A stretch of 32,000 nucleotides of DNA from Candidatus Saccharimonadota bacterium (GTDB lineage: Bacteria; Patescibacteriota; Gracilibacteria; UBA4473): NCBI GenBank assembly GCA_965228485.1, contig OZ245819.1, forward strand, positions 450,001 to 482,000. Reading direction: 5' to 3'. The position numbers were made by a program, and so were the translations under genes. The notes under the pieces were generated by a model. That model was not told where the DNA came from. It saw only the letters and a list, made by a program, of their open reading frames with translations, and searched no databases. Below are positions 16,086 through 25,669 of this stretch, one piece after another. Numbering within the stretch: position 1 is the first letter of the stretch; the number at the start of each line of letters is the position of its first letter.

Positions 16086-16556
16086 TTAGATTTGCACTGC
16101 ATTAGCAATTAGAAGTGCAACCAGTAGACCGAAAATAGCGTAAGTTTCTACTACCACCGCTAGAACGATCGCTTTACCTGTAAGACTTTCATCTCGAGCC
16201 ATAGCTCCAATACCAGAAGCTACTACTTTCCCTTGAAACCATCCAGAGAAAAGACCAGCCAATCCCATAAGGATTCCTGCCCACATGAATTGACTTCCTG
16301 CTTCTACTGCTACTTCTGCTCCTCCTCCAAAGAATCCGATCTTAGAAAGAACAAAGATAGCGATAAGAAGTCCATATACTCCTTGAGATCCTGGAAGGGC
16401 CGATAGGATCAAAATTTTACCGAAAAGGTGTGGTTTTTCAGCAAGAACTCCTGCACCTTTAGCCCCAGCGGCTCCAATACCGATTGATGATCCTGCTCCT
16501 CCGAGAACAGCAGACATTGCAGCTCCGATAACTGCGAGAACGATTCCTGATTCCAT
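16086..16556 (-). CDS. atpK: V/A-type ATP synthase proteolipid subunit K (4-TM, duplicated c)
   Basis: 156 aa. Aligns by eye along its whole length with Enterococcus hirae NtpK as I recall it: ALPGSQGVYGLLIAI, GLFSGWFQGKVVASGI, VVVETYAIFGLLVALLI. Confidence 0.9.
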   Translation of the reverse strand: MESGIVLAVIGAAMSAVLGGAGSSIGIGAAGAKGAGVLAEKPHLFGKILILSALPGSQGVYGLLIAIFVLSKIGFFGGGAEVAVEAGSQFMWAGILMGLAGLFSGWFQGKVVASGIGAMARDESLTGKAIVLAVVVETYAIFGLLVALLIANAVQI

Positions 16557-16641
16557 GATTTTTTGTGATTAAAAATTGAAAATTTGTCGGGCGAATTTTT
16601 TGTAATTTAAGTAAATTGTCAACCCATTTACCTAACTTTTT

Positions 16642-18663
16642 TTATTTCTCTATATTTAAGTATTTGTGTTTACGAATAAAGGGATCAAACTTTGTTCCCC
16701 CACCTTCGTAAAACTTGCCAAAGAACTCAATAAATTGGAGACGTCCAGAGTGGATAAAAGCCCCCAATAGAGAAAGTCCAAAGTTTAAGGTATGACCAAA
16801 AAGGATAACAATCGCCCCAATAAGAATTCCAAGTGTCCAATGAGGCATCATTCCGCCGAGAATCCCAGCGGTCATATTCATGGCAAAACCAACTACTCCT
16901 GTAGCCAATCCTAATGCCATAATACGGGAATAACTTAATAAATCTGAAAGATACGAAGTTGAATTATAAAGACTGATAAGTCCAAATAGTGGCTTCAAGA
17001 ACCATTTAACATCAGCAATAATTGCCTGTGAAATAAACAACACTAGTGCTGATAGTTTTGCTAGGTTTGTCATCATGGCCTTATCTAGTCCAGTGGCCGC
17101 TGCAACTGGCTCTACTGAAGAAAGCCCAAAAAGCACAAGTGATCCAATAAAGAAGAACCAAGCTCCTGAATTAAGCACCGCACCATTATAATCTTTATTT
17201 GATAGTCGTTGGAAGAAATCAATAACTAACCCCGTTAGTAGTTGAAGTGCCCCCAGACCAAGAGCTACGCTCAAGAATAAGATTGGCCCAGACCCTTCCA
17301 TAGGATTTAGAAGCTGCCCGTAAAATTGTCCCGTATTCGGATTCACCAACCAAGAAAGCTGATCGGTTGTAAGTCCAAAGTGTCCCCCAAGAATTACTCC
17401 TCCAATAAAAGCTGAAATTCCACAGAACAGTAGTAGTAAAAGTGAATCTTTGGCAGCCTTCCCAAATTTCCCAAAGATCAAAAACCACGTGGCTACTAAA
17501 ATAAGAATTGAACCATATCCAGTATCAGAAAGACAGAGTCCAAAGAATACAAAAAAGAATGGCATAATAAAAGGCGTTGGATCAAACTCCGTCACCTTCG
17601 GAAGTCCATACATCTCAACTACCGGTTCAAAAGAACGAATCCCCCACTTATTACTCAATAATACTGGTGGTTCTTCATCTTTCTCTGGCTTGATTTCTTC
17701 AAGGCTCACTTCTCCAACAAAAATATTCTTAATCCATTTTTTCAGATCAGGCAAAGCACTAGAAAGTGCCCATGCCTCAAAAGCAAAAACTTGATCTGAT
17801 AGGTAAATCTTTTGCTGAAGATCGTTTTTGGTCTTTCTCCATGAATTGAAATCAAAAAGAATTTTTAAATCTTCGATATTAACGGTTAACTTTTTAACTC
17901 GAGCTTCCAGTTCTTCTCTTTCCTCCTGATAATCAACAAGCTGCTTATCCAATTCTCGAACGATAGTTTTAATATTTTTTCCTTCAAAATCCCCAAACTC
18001 TTGACCAAGATTAATCGGTTCAAAAGCGTATTTAGATACAATTCCTTGAGTCTGAGTTTTAAGCTCATTCCAAACCGTCAATCGCACAAAAACAATCTTC
18101 TTGAGACGTCCAAGAATTTTAAGATCTACTAAGTTGGATTCTGAAGACACTTCTTGTTGGAAAGCTTCAAACTGCTCTCCTGGGATCTTCCCAATCCATG
18201 TAGTTGTTTTTTCTGTAGCATAATCCGCATTAATGGTTGAATCGAATTGACCAAGCGTATCAAGTAATCGTTTTTTTACTGGAATACTATCAATTTCGTT
18301 TTTTACCCGAACCAACCGATCTTCGATCTTTTCACACTCTTCAATAATTTTTTCAGATTTTGGAGCAAAGTTTTTCAATCGATCTTTTGCTGCATCCTCA
18401 GAGAGTACTAGTTTTCCTCCAGAGAGAATAGACTCAATCTTAGAACCTGGAGTTGCGAATGGAGATAGAAATTCTAGAGCAAACTCAATCCGAGCTAAAT
18501 CAAAAACTCCGAAGTGATCATCATACTCTTTTTTTGACTGTTCAACGAACTCTGAATTCTCCACAACCTGAAGTGTTCCACTTCTGTGAAGTTCTTGCAT
18601 CAAAATTTTATAATGGGATTTAAATCCCGTAATCCGAACTTTTTTCAGCTGTGCCTTGGCCAT
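16642..18663 (-). CDS. atpI: V/A-type ATP synthase subunit I (stator a-subunit)
   Basis: 673 aa. Soluble coiled N-terminal half plus a polytopic C-terminal half ending ...SYSRIMALGLATGVV...HSGRLQFIEFFGKFYEGGG. The ATG directly abuts the TAG of the upstream gene. Confidence 0.9.
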   Translation of the reverse strand: MAKAQLKKVRITGFKSHYKILMQELHRSGTLQVVENSEFVEQSKKEYDDHFGVFDLARIEFALEFLSPFATPGSKIESILSGGKLVLSEDAAKDRLKNFAPKSEKIIEECEKIEDRLVRVKNEIDSIPVKKRLLDTLGQFDSTINADYATEKTTTWIGKIPGEQFEAFQQEVSSESNLVDLKILGRLKKIVFVRLTVWNELKTQTQGIVSKYAFEPINLGQEFGDFEGKNIKTIVRELDKQLVDYQEEREELEARVKKLTVNIEDLKILFDFNSWRKTKNDLQQKIYLSDQVFAFEAWALSSALPDLKKWIKNIFVGEVSLEEIKPEKDEEPPVLLSNKWGIRSFEPVVEMYGLPKVTEFDPTPFIMPFFFVFFGLCLSDTGYGSILILVATWFLIFGKFGKAAKDSLLLLLFCGISAFIGGVILGGHFGLTTDQLSWLVNPNTGQFYGQLLNPMEGSGPILFLSVALGLGALQLLTGLVIDFFQRLSNKDYNGAVLNSGAWFFFIGSLVLFGLSSVEPVAAATGLDKAMMTNLAKLSALVLFISQAIIADVKWFLKPLFGLISLYNSTSYLSDLLSYSRIMALGLATGVVGFAMNMTAGILGGMMPHWTLGILIGAIVILFGHTLNFGLSLLGAFIHSGRLQFIEFFGKFYEGGGTKFDPFIRKHKYLNIEK

Positions 18664-19002
18664 CTATGAAACAATTTCATTAACAAAATAAGTCTGAACC
18701 TGAGGTAAAATCTTATCGATTTTTGGCTCAATATTCTTCTTCAACTGAGAAGCTTCTTTCTCACCCTCTTTAATAAGTCCCTCATAACGTCCTCTCGCTA
18801 CTTCTTGACGGTCTTTTAACTTTCCTTTGGCTTCTACTCGTGCAGTCTCTAGTGCCGCTTGAGTTTTTTCTCCTTCTTTTTTGCTATGAGTTTGTAAGTC
18901 AGAAGCTGCTTTTCTTCGTGCCTTTTCCACTTTAGCCACCGCCTCTTCTTCAGCCACTTGAATTTGGGCTAGAAAATCATTTGAATTGGTCGATTTCGAC
19001 AT
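18664..19002 (-). CDS. atpH: small coiled-coil ATPase stalk subunit (G/H-like)
   Basis: The track starts this ORF at 19023, but that codon is TTG and lies inside the promoter motif. The first ATG is at 19002 (MSKSTNS...), giving 112 aa. Charged helical sequence (AQIQVAEEEAVAKVEKARRKA...). First gene of the operon. Confidence 0.6.
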   Translation of the reverse strand: MSKSTNSNDFLAQIQVAEEEAVAKVEKARRKAASDLQTHSKKEGEKTQAALETARVEAKGKLKDRQEVARGRYEGLIKEGEKEASQLKKNIEPKIDKILPQVQTYFVNEIVS

Positions 19003-19021
19003 ACTTTTATGCTTAAAAAAC

Positions 19022-19080
19022 AAATCACGCGGATTCTGGTCAAGTTCTATAAAATGTCAATTCAGAAAATAATTTTTTTT
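19022..19080 (-). promoter_or_regulatory. atp operon promoter module
   Basis: Read on the minus strand: A8 (19080..19073), N12, TTGACATTTT (-35 at 19060..19055), 16-nt spacer, CAGAAT (-10 at 19038..19033), then CCGCGTGATTT. 19 nt separate the motif from the ATG at 19002. Confidence 0.6.
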
Positions 19081-19097
19081 ATATAATTGAGGACTTC

Positions 19098-19128
19098 AAA
19101 AAAAAAGACCCAGAAACAAATCTGGGTC
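19098..19128 (-). terminator. intrinsic terminator of the DUF805 gene
   Basis: Perfect 8-bp stem gacccaga (19107..19114) / tctgggtc (19121..19128), 6-nt loop. The plus-strand A9 (19098..19106) is a U9 tail on the minus strand. Confidence 0.8.
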
Positions 19129-19157
19129 AATAAAGATTATGGTTAATACTAAAGAGC

Positions 19158-19547
19158 CTAAGCTTCTGTCTCTAGTGGATCTGATCCAAATCGATTTTCC
19201 CCTCTTGTTCCTGGAGCAAACAGGAGATAAAACCAAAAAATAATACCCAGCAAAGGAATTAACAAGATAAGCCATAACCATCCAGTTTTATCGAGGTCAT
19301 GAAGACGCTTCACCCCGAGACAAATACTGGTCCACATACCAAAACCACCAAACAAGATTTGAGTCACTAAAAATAAAGAGCCTCCTTCAGCTAAATCTTC
19401 TTCTGCTACTCCTGCTAATCCCAGAGCCACTCCAAAAGCAATAGCAAAGACCAAAATTAGAACCACAACCAAAAGACTGTAGAGAAAATAACGCAGTCGA
19501 TTTAGCCGATTCCAGCGACCATTAAGCGTAAAAATATCTTGAAACAT
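19158..19547 (-). CDS. DUF805 family inner-membrane protein
   Basis: 129 aa. GRWNRLNRLRYFLYSLL, then TM helices, then KRLHDLDKTGWLWLILLIPLLGIIFWFYLLFAPGTRGENRFGSDP: the classic DUF805 signature. Confidence 0.8.
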   Translation of the reverse strand: MFQDIFTLNGRWNRLNRLRYFLYSLLVVVLILVFAIAFGVALGLAGVAEEDLAEGGSLFLVTQILFGGFGMWTSICLGVKRLHDLDKTGWLWLILLIPLLGIIFWFYLLFAPGTRGENRFGSDPLETEA

Positions 19548-19607
19548 ACGAAAATAAATTAGAAATTAAGCACATAGTAGCATAAGGACCTGCAAAACCA
19601 AAAGTCT

Positions 19608-22022
19608 TTACCGCACCTCTAGCAAGAGAACTTCATCATATTTTTCCGCCAAACGATAGAGTCGTTTTAGGTACTGACGAACATCTGTTGAGAGCCTCTG
19701 AAAATGATCTCTATGTGTCACTTCTTCAGCTACCAGAATCTCCATTACTCGCTGTGATACTTCAAGCTGAATTTCTTTTTTAAGAATTGGCAATATTTCT
19801 GGAGCTCTCCCAAGCATGTAAAAGGCCTTCTGGGCTAAAGCTTCATCTTTACCAAACAAGATATCAATAAGATAGGGAACACAATTAACGTTTCCTAGTT
19901 TTGCCAGAGCAATAAGGGCATGTAAGCAAACTTCCAAAGAAGAATGATCAATATATCTCATAAGTTGAATCTCTCTAGACTGATCACGAACCTCTCCGAT
20001 AGCATAAATTCCCGCAATGACTTCTTTTGGATCTTCAGAATCCAAAAGCTCGTCTAAAAGGTGAGCTAAATGCTCTCGATCCTCAAACTGCCAAAGAGCC
20101 GTGATAGCATAACCTCGAACCTTACTATTTGGATGATGCAAGTATTGACGGATATAATAGCTTAACTCTGGATCGGCAAATATCTCTCCCGCAGAACGCA
20201 GGCATACTGACTGCAGATCATCATCACTTGTAGAGAGCACTTCCAAAAAGAATGGTACAACCCGATCTTGTGGTAAGTGTCTAAAAATATTCATTATAAC
20301 CAATTTTTTGAGGTAAGGATTCTTCGCTTCTGCAAAAAGTTTTTTTAGAATCTCTAATAAATGATGCTGAGAAAAAGCATGCTTATTCCAGTAAGTGTGA
20401 AGTGTTGATAACTTCAGACTTGATTCTAGGATTTTTATCTTTAGTTCAACTGCCTCATTAGTACTTCCTAAAATTTTAAGATATGCATGAATAATACTTG
20501 GATCATTAATTTTTGAAGCCGTTACTACAATTTTCTCTCGAACAATAGGATGTCTTCGTGTATCTAATAATTCTTGGCTTAAAATTTCTACCACCTGATG
20601 ATGTCCTTTTTGACTCAGAACTTCTACCGCATGCAATTTTGAGATAATTCCTTGGTGAGTTTTAAGATTTTGGTGAGAAAGCTTGGTATAAAACCTTCTC
20701 ATAGGAATCATCATAATCATTAAAATTCCAGTGAGAGTCACCATCAACATCGCTCCTGGTTCTTCCCAGAAAAATCCACCAGTAATCATAAGTCCTACTC
20801 CAAGGATAATTCCTCCTGGCCGCACAAAGCCTTCTAAAAAGTGTCGAACAGATTCTCTTCGCTTTGGAAATACCGAGTAAAATGTAAGATGATAGGCCGA
20901 TTCAAAAATAGCCTCAAAACCATGCTCATACCCTCGAACGATCTTCATATTTATTCCTCCAGCCAGAAAAGTTAAAGCAGTCCCAATAAGGCCTCCAAAG
21001 TAAAGGAGCATAGAATAGATAACCCCAAACCTCTGTAAAACTTTTGAAGCGACAAAAAATTGTACAAACAAAGCGATAACTCCAAAAATAAGGGCTAATG
21101 TCCCTAACTCCGTAGCAATAGTTGTCTGCACAAAGTACTTAGTTGAAACATGCGTAACGGCTTCATTAACACCGAACTTCACCGATTCAACTGACACTGG
21201 AAAGTTTTCAATTAAACTCGCTTGCAACAAGGTTGGATCAAAGTGGATCTCTTTATGTACCGCCTTATCTTTAACATACTTTAAGAACTCAAACTCTATA
21301 ATGGTATAAAGGCTCATTTGCAAGAATACCATTACACTCAAATAACGTAGGAATGGTATACTTTTAATCGCCTCTTTTGCTTCTTTTAGACTATTTTTAG
21401 TTTCCTCTGCTTCATCTTCAAAGCCTGGAACCTCCTCAAGCAAAGAGTGACTATAAAAAACTAATCCTGCCATAGCTATCAATGGCAATGCCCAACAAAA
21501 GACAATCATCTTTGTGGACATCACATCTAGCAATCCCAAGAAAACTAGTGCGGCAAAAATTGTTCCAATTGTTACCGCTGAATCAATGACTGGCATAAAT
21601 CTCTGTGCTTCTACAGGAGAGAATAATGATTCATTTTTTCGGTACAGAGCAATATTCAACTGCCCATAAAACAGATCCTTCGCCAATATGAGAGAAGCAA
21701 AAAAGAGTCCTATGTTATGCCTATTTATCCAGGCAATAATGATAAGAAGGAGCGTTCCAAAAATCGTTCCAAGTACGAAATGATTCGTTTTTACTCTCAA
21801 AAATAAAAAATGAGCGGCATAACTTCCAATAAGCAGAATCCAAGCATCAACTAGAAATAGGTAAAGTAGGTTATTAATCCCAAAAATTTCCAAAAAGATC
21901 GCAGTCAGAACAGTCCAGGCCCAAACAAAACCCACTTGATACAAAAACCTTAATAACCACAGAAACCGTACTCGTGGCGCTTCATGCTTCCCTATGTCTA
22001 ATTTCAACCAGAACCAATTCAT
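19608..22022 (-). CDS. polytopic transporter-like domain (MFS / TLC nucleotide-transporter-like) fused to a C-terminal HEAT-repeat domain
   Basis: 804 aa. About 12 hydrophobic helices in the first ~440 aa. The C-terminal ~360 aa hold repeated helical-pair units with the HEAT/PBS-lyase pattern (HHPNSKVRGYAITALWQF, DSEDPKEVIAGIYAIGEV, HSSLEVCLHALIALAKLG). Confidence 0.65.
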   Translation of the reverse strand: MNWFWLKLDIGKHEAPRVRFLWLLRFLYQVGFVWAWTVLTAIFLEIFGINNLLYLFLVDAWILLIGSYAAHFLFLRVKTNHFVLGTIFGTLLLIIIAWINRHNIGLFFASLILAKDLFYGQLNIALYRKNESLFSPVEAQRFMPVIDSAVTIGTIFAALVFLGLLDVMSTKMIVFCWALPLIAMAGLVFYSHSLLEEVPGFEDEAEETKNSLKEAKEAIKSIPFLRYLSVMVFLQMSLYTIIEFEFLKYVKDKAVHKEIHFDPTLLQASLIENFPVSVESVKFGVNEAVTHVSTKYFVQTTIATELGTLALIFGVIALFVQFFVASKVLQRFGVIYSMLLYFGGLIGTALTFLAGGINMKIVRGYEHGFEAIFESAYHLTFYSVFPKRRESVRHFLEGFVRPGGIILGVGLMITGGFFWEEPGAMLMVTLTGILMIMMIPMRRFYTKLSHQNLKTHQGIISKLHAVEVLSQKGHHQVVEILSQELLDTRRHPIVREKIVVTASKINDPSIIHAYLKILGSTNEAVELKIKILESSLKLSTLHTYWNKHAFSQHHLLEILKKLFAEAKNPYLKKLVIMNIFRHLPQDRVVPFFLEVLSTSDDDLQSVCLRSAGEIFADPELSYYIRQYLHHPNSKVRGYAITALWQFEDREHLAHLLDELLDSEDPKEVIAGIYAIGEVRDQSREIQLMRYIDHSSLEVCLHALIALAKLGNVNCVPYLIDILFGKDEALAQKAFYMLGRAPEILPILKKEIQLEVSQRVMEILVAEEVTHRDHFQRLSTDVRQYLKRLYRLAEKYDEVLLLEVR

Positions 22023-22147
22023 ATTTGATTTATTTTAATTATATTTTATTTTAACATAAAAAAAGATTCTTGTGAAGCCTTAAAACTTGGTTTTTTCGCT
22101 ATATTTAGCGGTTAGTAATGACCTCTCTCCTTCTGCGTGAAACCTCT

Positions 22148-22348
22148 TCAATAATCACCTTGTACAAAAAAGACACCTTCGGGCAATTGAGTTGGATCAT
22201 CTCCAAACTGCAAAACGCTCATTTCATCTCCCCACATGTGCTGTAATACTTCTCCCCATCTTTCTATACCATAGTGATTATCCAGTCTGGCAGTAGCCGG
22301 TGCAAGTTGAGACATATCTATTCCCTCAGTATCTAAACCTTTTGGCAA
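22148..22348 (-). CDS. small acidic hypothetical protein
   Basis: 66-aa ORF 20 nt downstream of mfd. The track start codon is TTG; the first ATG gives 22148..22315 (55 aa). No recognisable motif. Confidence 0.35.
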   Translation of the reverse strand: MPKGLDTEGIDMSQLAPATARLDNHYGIERWGEVLQHMWGDEMSVLQFGDDPTQLPEGVFFVQGDY

Positions 22349-22368
22349 ATTTAATTAAAAATTAATAT

Positions 22369-25300
22369 TTACTTAACCAGATGTTCAACATCCGCAAGCA
22401 GCTCTTGATACCAAGTAACGGGTAAATTTTCTAAATTTAGTTTTATTGCTGTAGCCGTAATAACCCACTTCTTCTTAGAATTTTGAATAAGTCCAAACAA
22501 CTGATCTGGGCTAAACTTCTGTCCCATACGAAGGGTGATTTCGTAAGCCTTATGTGACATCTTATGTACACGAATAGCCGCTATATTTGCGGCCTTTAAT
22601 GCTAGTTTGAGACGAATAACTTTTACTAAATTCTCTACTTCAACTGGGAGCGTCCCATAATCTTCTTGTAAATCTTTTTTGATCTCTTCTAAATGTTGAG
22701 CATTTTCAGCTGAGGCTAATTCCTGATACACCTGAATCTTCTCATCAGCATTAGGAATAAATTGAGGTGGAATATAAGCCGACAGAGGAATTTCTACCGT
22801 TACATTCTCTTCCTCTTCCATATCTTTTGAAATTGCTCCAGACTTCATTTCCTCTACGGTTTTATGAAGCATTCGGATAAAATGTGAAACTCCCGTATCT
22901 TTCATCGCTCCAGACTGATTCGCTCCAAGAATTTCCCCAGCTCCTCGAATCTCTAGATCTTTCATCGCAATCTGAAATCCTGCTCCAAGCTCTGAAGCCT
23001 CCACGATGGCTCTCAATCGTTTTTTAGCATCTAATTCTAGTTTTTGTCCCTGATAGAGAAAATACGCATAAGCCTGAGTTCTCCCTCGTCCAACTCGACC
23101 TCGTAATTGATATAACTGAGAAAGCCCAAATTTCTCTGCTCTATTTACAAATAGTGTATTAGCATTGGGAAGATCAATTCCATTTTCAATAATAGTTGAA
23201 GCGATTAGAACATCTGCCTCTCCTTCTTTAAACTGTCTAATCCGATCTTCCAACTCATGAGGTGATAGCTGCCCATGGGCCACAATAAATCGTGCTTCTG
23301 GAATAAGAGACTCTAATTGAGATTTTTGGGATTCAATTGTCTGTACTTGATTGTGCAAAAAGTATACTTGACCTCCTCGTTCTAATTCATGCAGAATTCT
23401 CTCTCGAATAAGATTAAGATTATACTTACGAACTTCCGTCACCACCGGAAGCCTTCCTGGTGGAGGCGTCGTAATGGTTGAGACATCCTTGAGTTTATTA
23501 AGTCCCATATGGAGTGTCCTTGGAATTGGAGTTGCCGTCAAAGTCAAAATATCAACTCCTGCTCGTAATTCTTTTAACTTTTCTTTCTGTTTCACTCCAA
23601 ATCGTTGTTCCTCATCAATAATCAAAAGCCCTAAATTTTTAAACTTAATATCATCCGACAGTAAACGATGGGTTCCAATCACTACATCCACTAATCCAAA
23701 CTCAAGGTCTTTAAGAATTCTCTTTTGCTCTGCTGGACTCTGAAATCGAGAAAGTAGTTCTACTCGAATACCATAATTCTTCCCATTAATTCGCTTCACA
23801 AAACTCTGATAGTGTTGCTCTGCCAAAATGGTAATTGGCGCGAGCAATGCACACTGAAAACCTGATCTGAAAGATTTAAAAGCCGCTCTCATGGCAATTT
23901 CTGTTTTTCCAAAACCTACATCCCCGCAAACCAAACGATCCATTGGTTTTTTCTTCTCCATATCAATTCGCACGTCATCCCAAGATTGTCTCTGCCCAGG
24001 GGTAAGTTCATAAGGAAATCCAGCACAAAAGTCTTCCATCATAGCATCTGCGGCTACAAAGTTCTTCCCTTTAGCGATTTCTCTTTTGGCATAAAGCTTC
24101 AATAAATCCTTAGCAATTCGTTCTGTCTCAGCCTTAATTTTTTTCTGAAGTGTTTGCCATTCTGCTCCACCTAATTTCGTAAGTCGAGGATCTTCATTCC
24201 CAACATATTTTGAAACTTTCTCCGCTGATTCAACCGGAACAAATAATCGATCACTCCCTGAATATTGCAATTTCAAATATTCTCGAGCCCCTTCCTGAGC
24301 TTCTCTCCGAGTGATGCCTTCAAATTTAGCAATCCCATGATCTAAATGAACCACATAGTCTCCTGGCTTAAGAGAATTGATCAGATCAAAATTCATTCCA
24401 GAAACAGCCTTCTTTGCTCGACTACTCCGTCTAAATTGGAAAATTTCTCTATCGGTTAAAAAGAGAATTTTACGATCATTGTTCTGAAAAGAATGTGGTA
24501 AGAATTCGTTATCTTTTGAAGTAAGTAGATGCACCGTTGAGGGCATTTTCTCATCTACATTTTCAGTAAACATAATCTCATTTTCTCGAAAAATATTTTC
24601 GATTTCTTCTTTTTTCTTCGTCATTACCACTACATCAAATTCCCGACGTAGTCGCTCTTTAACTTCCACAATAAAATCTAAAATGGTGTAAAAGGGCAGA
24701 ACCGAAAAGAAATTTAGATGAAAAAAAGTCGTATCATTTTCTGGAAAAGTCGTAAATTTTATTTTATAAAAATTCCCTTCTGGGCAAATATCTTTATCCA
24801 AATCATCAGAAATAAAACAGGTTTCATTCCCTTGGTTAAGCCAATCGGTAAAAGCTCCCGAAAGTGTTTCAAATTGGTTTGGATATATTTCTAACACTTT
24901 CAGTTCCTCCAAAACCACATTATCGTCTAATGGATTATAGTAGTCGATACGCTCCACTTCATCTCCAAAAAGAGTAATGCGAACTGGATGTACTGAATTT
25001 AGAGGAAATAAAAACAAATGTTCTCCTTGTCTTACAAACTCTCCTGGTTGTAAAATTTTATCCTCTGCTGGTTTATAACCTGCACTTTCTAACTTCTCAA
25101 AAAAACTATACACCTTAATCTCTTTTCCTGCATGAACCGTTAGCTGCGCTGACTTCACCTCTTGAGGCGTCGGCAACTTCACTCCCATAAAATGCTCTAA
25201 ATCCTCGAAAAGAAAAAGATTCGACTCAGTATCTTGCAGCTTAGCAACCACCTCATAAAACGAACGAAAATTGAATTCCTTGGTAATTAAAATCACTCGA

Positions 25301-25536
25301 TCTTTAAACCACAAGTCTGCTGCTGGTTTAAGCTGATCAGCTTTTTCATCTGTACTCCCCCAAAGGATATTTTTGAAGTGTGTATTATTTGCCAACTCTG
25401 AAAGTAAAAAAGCTTTAGCTCCTACGTTCCCTACATTTACCAAAGTAAGCCTTTTACTCTTCTCCAACTCTAAAAGTGGCTCGGATAGATTGAGGCTAAA
25501 GGGTAAGCAAAACGGGGCCGAAGGCTGATCACTCAT
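22369..25536 (-). CDS. mfd: transcription-repair coupling factor
   Basis: 1055 aa. CarD/TRCF RNAP-interaction domain (GDYVVHLDHGIAKFEGI), SF2 helicase Walker A GDVGFGKTE, DEEQRFG box, QLRGRVGR motif VI, C-terminal TRCF domain. Confidence 0.95.
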   Translation of the reverse strand: MSDQPSAPFCLPFSLNLSEPLLELEKSKRLTLVNVGNVGAKAFLLSELANNTHFKNILWGSTDEKADQLKPAADLWFKDRVILITKEFNFRSFYEVVAKLQDTESNLFLFEDLEHFMGVKLPTPQEVKSAQLTVHAGKEIKVYSFFEKLESAGYKPAEDKILQPGEFVRQGEHLFLFPLNSVHPVRITLFGDEVERIDYYNPLDDNVVLEELKVLEIYPNQFETLSGAFTDWLNQGNETCFISDDLDKDICPEGNFYKIKFTTFPENDTTFFHLNFFSVLPFYTILDFIVEVKERLRREFDVVVMTKKKEEIENIFRENEIMFTENVDEKMPSTVHLLTSKDNEFLPHSFQNNDRKILFLTDREIFQFRRSSRAKKAVSGMNFDLINSLKPGDYVVHLDHGIAKFEGITRREAQEGAREYLKLQYSGSDRLFVPVESAEKVSKYVGNEDPRLTKLGGAEWQTLQKKIKAETERIAKDLLKLYAKREIAKGKNFVAADAMMEDFCAGFPYELTPGQRQSWDDVRIDMEKKKPMDRLVCGDVGFGKTEIAMRAAFKSFRSGFQCALLAPITILAEQHYQSFVKRINGKNYGIRVELLSRFQSPAEQKRILKDLEFGLVDVVIGTHRLLSDDIKFKNLGLLIIDEEQRFGVKQKEKLKELRAGVDILTLTATPIPRTLHMGLNKLKDVSTITTPPPGRLPVVTEVRKYNLNLIRERILHELERGGQVYFLHNQVQTIESQKSQLESLIPEARFIVAHGQLSPHELEDRIRQFKEGEADVLIASTIIENGIDLPNANTLFVNRAEKFGLSQLYQLRGRVGRGRTQAYAYFLYQGQKLELDAKKRLRAIVEASELGAGFQIAMKDLEIRGAGEILGANQSGAMKDTGVSHFIRMLHKTVEEMKSGAISKDMEEEENVTVEIPLSAYIPPQFIPNADEKIQVYQELASAENAQHLEEIKKDLQEDYGTLPVEVENLVKVIRLKLALKAANIAAIRVHKMSHKAYEITLRMGQKFSPDQLFGLIQNSKKKWVITATAIKLNLENLPVTWYQELLADVEHLVK

Positions 25537-25669
25537 AAAAATAGACGATTAGTCCGTCTTATTAAGGGAATAACTAACTTTTACACGCAAAAAGTCACGA
25601 ACACTAAAGTTAAAAAGTTCTTAGTATTGACTAAATTTTAGCCATTTATGAGAAAATGCAAGTTTTTTC

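Noticed and set aside
16557-16641. Internal promoter for atpK (TTGACA on the minus strand at 16622..16617) in the 85-nt atpI-atpK gap.
   Set aside because: There is a good -35 but no convincing -10 at 16-18 nt (AAAATT/TACAAA at best), and it lacks the conserved module seen at the two other atp promoters. Possible but unsupported.
25543-25559. Hairpin agacg-attagtc-cgtct just upstream of the mfd ATG, as a possible dnaN terminator (minus strand).
   Set aside because: The stem is only 5 bp and the U-tract is interrupted (AUUUUU, running straight into the mfd start codon). It is too weak to call; dnaN and mfd may simply be co-transcribed.
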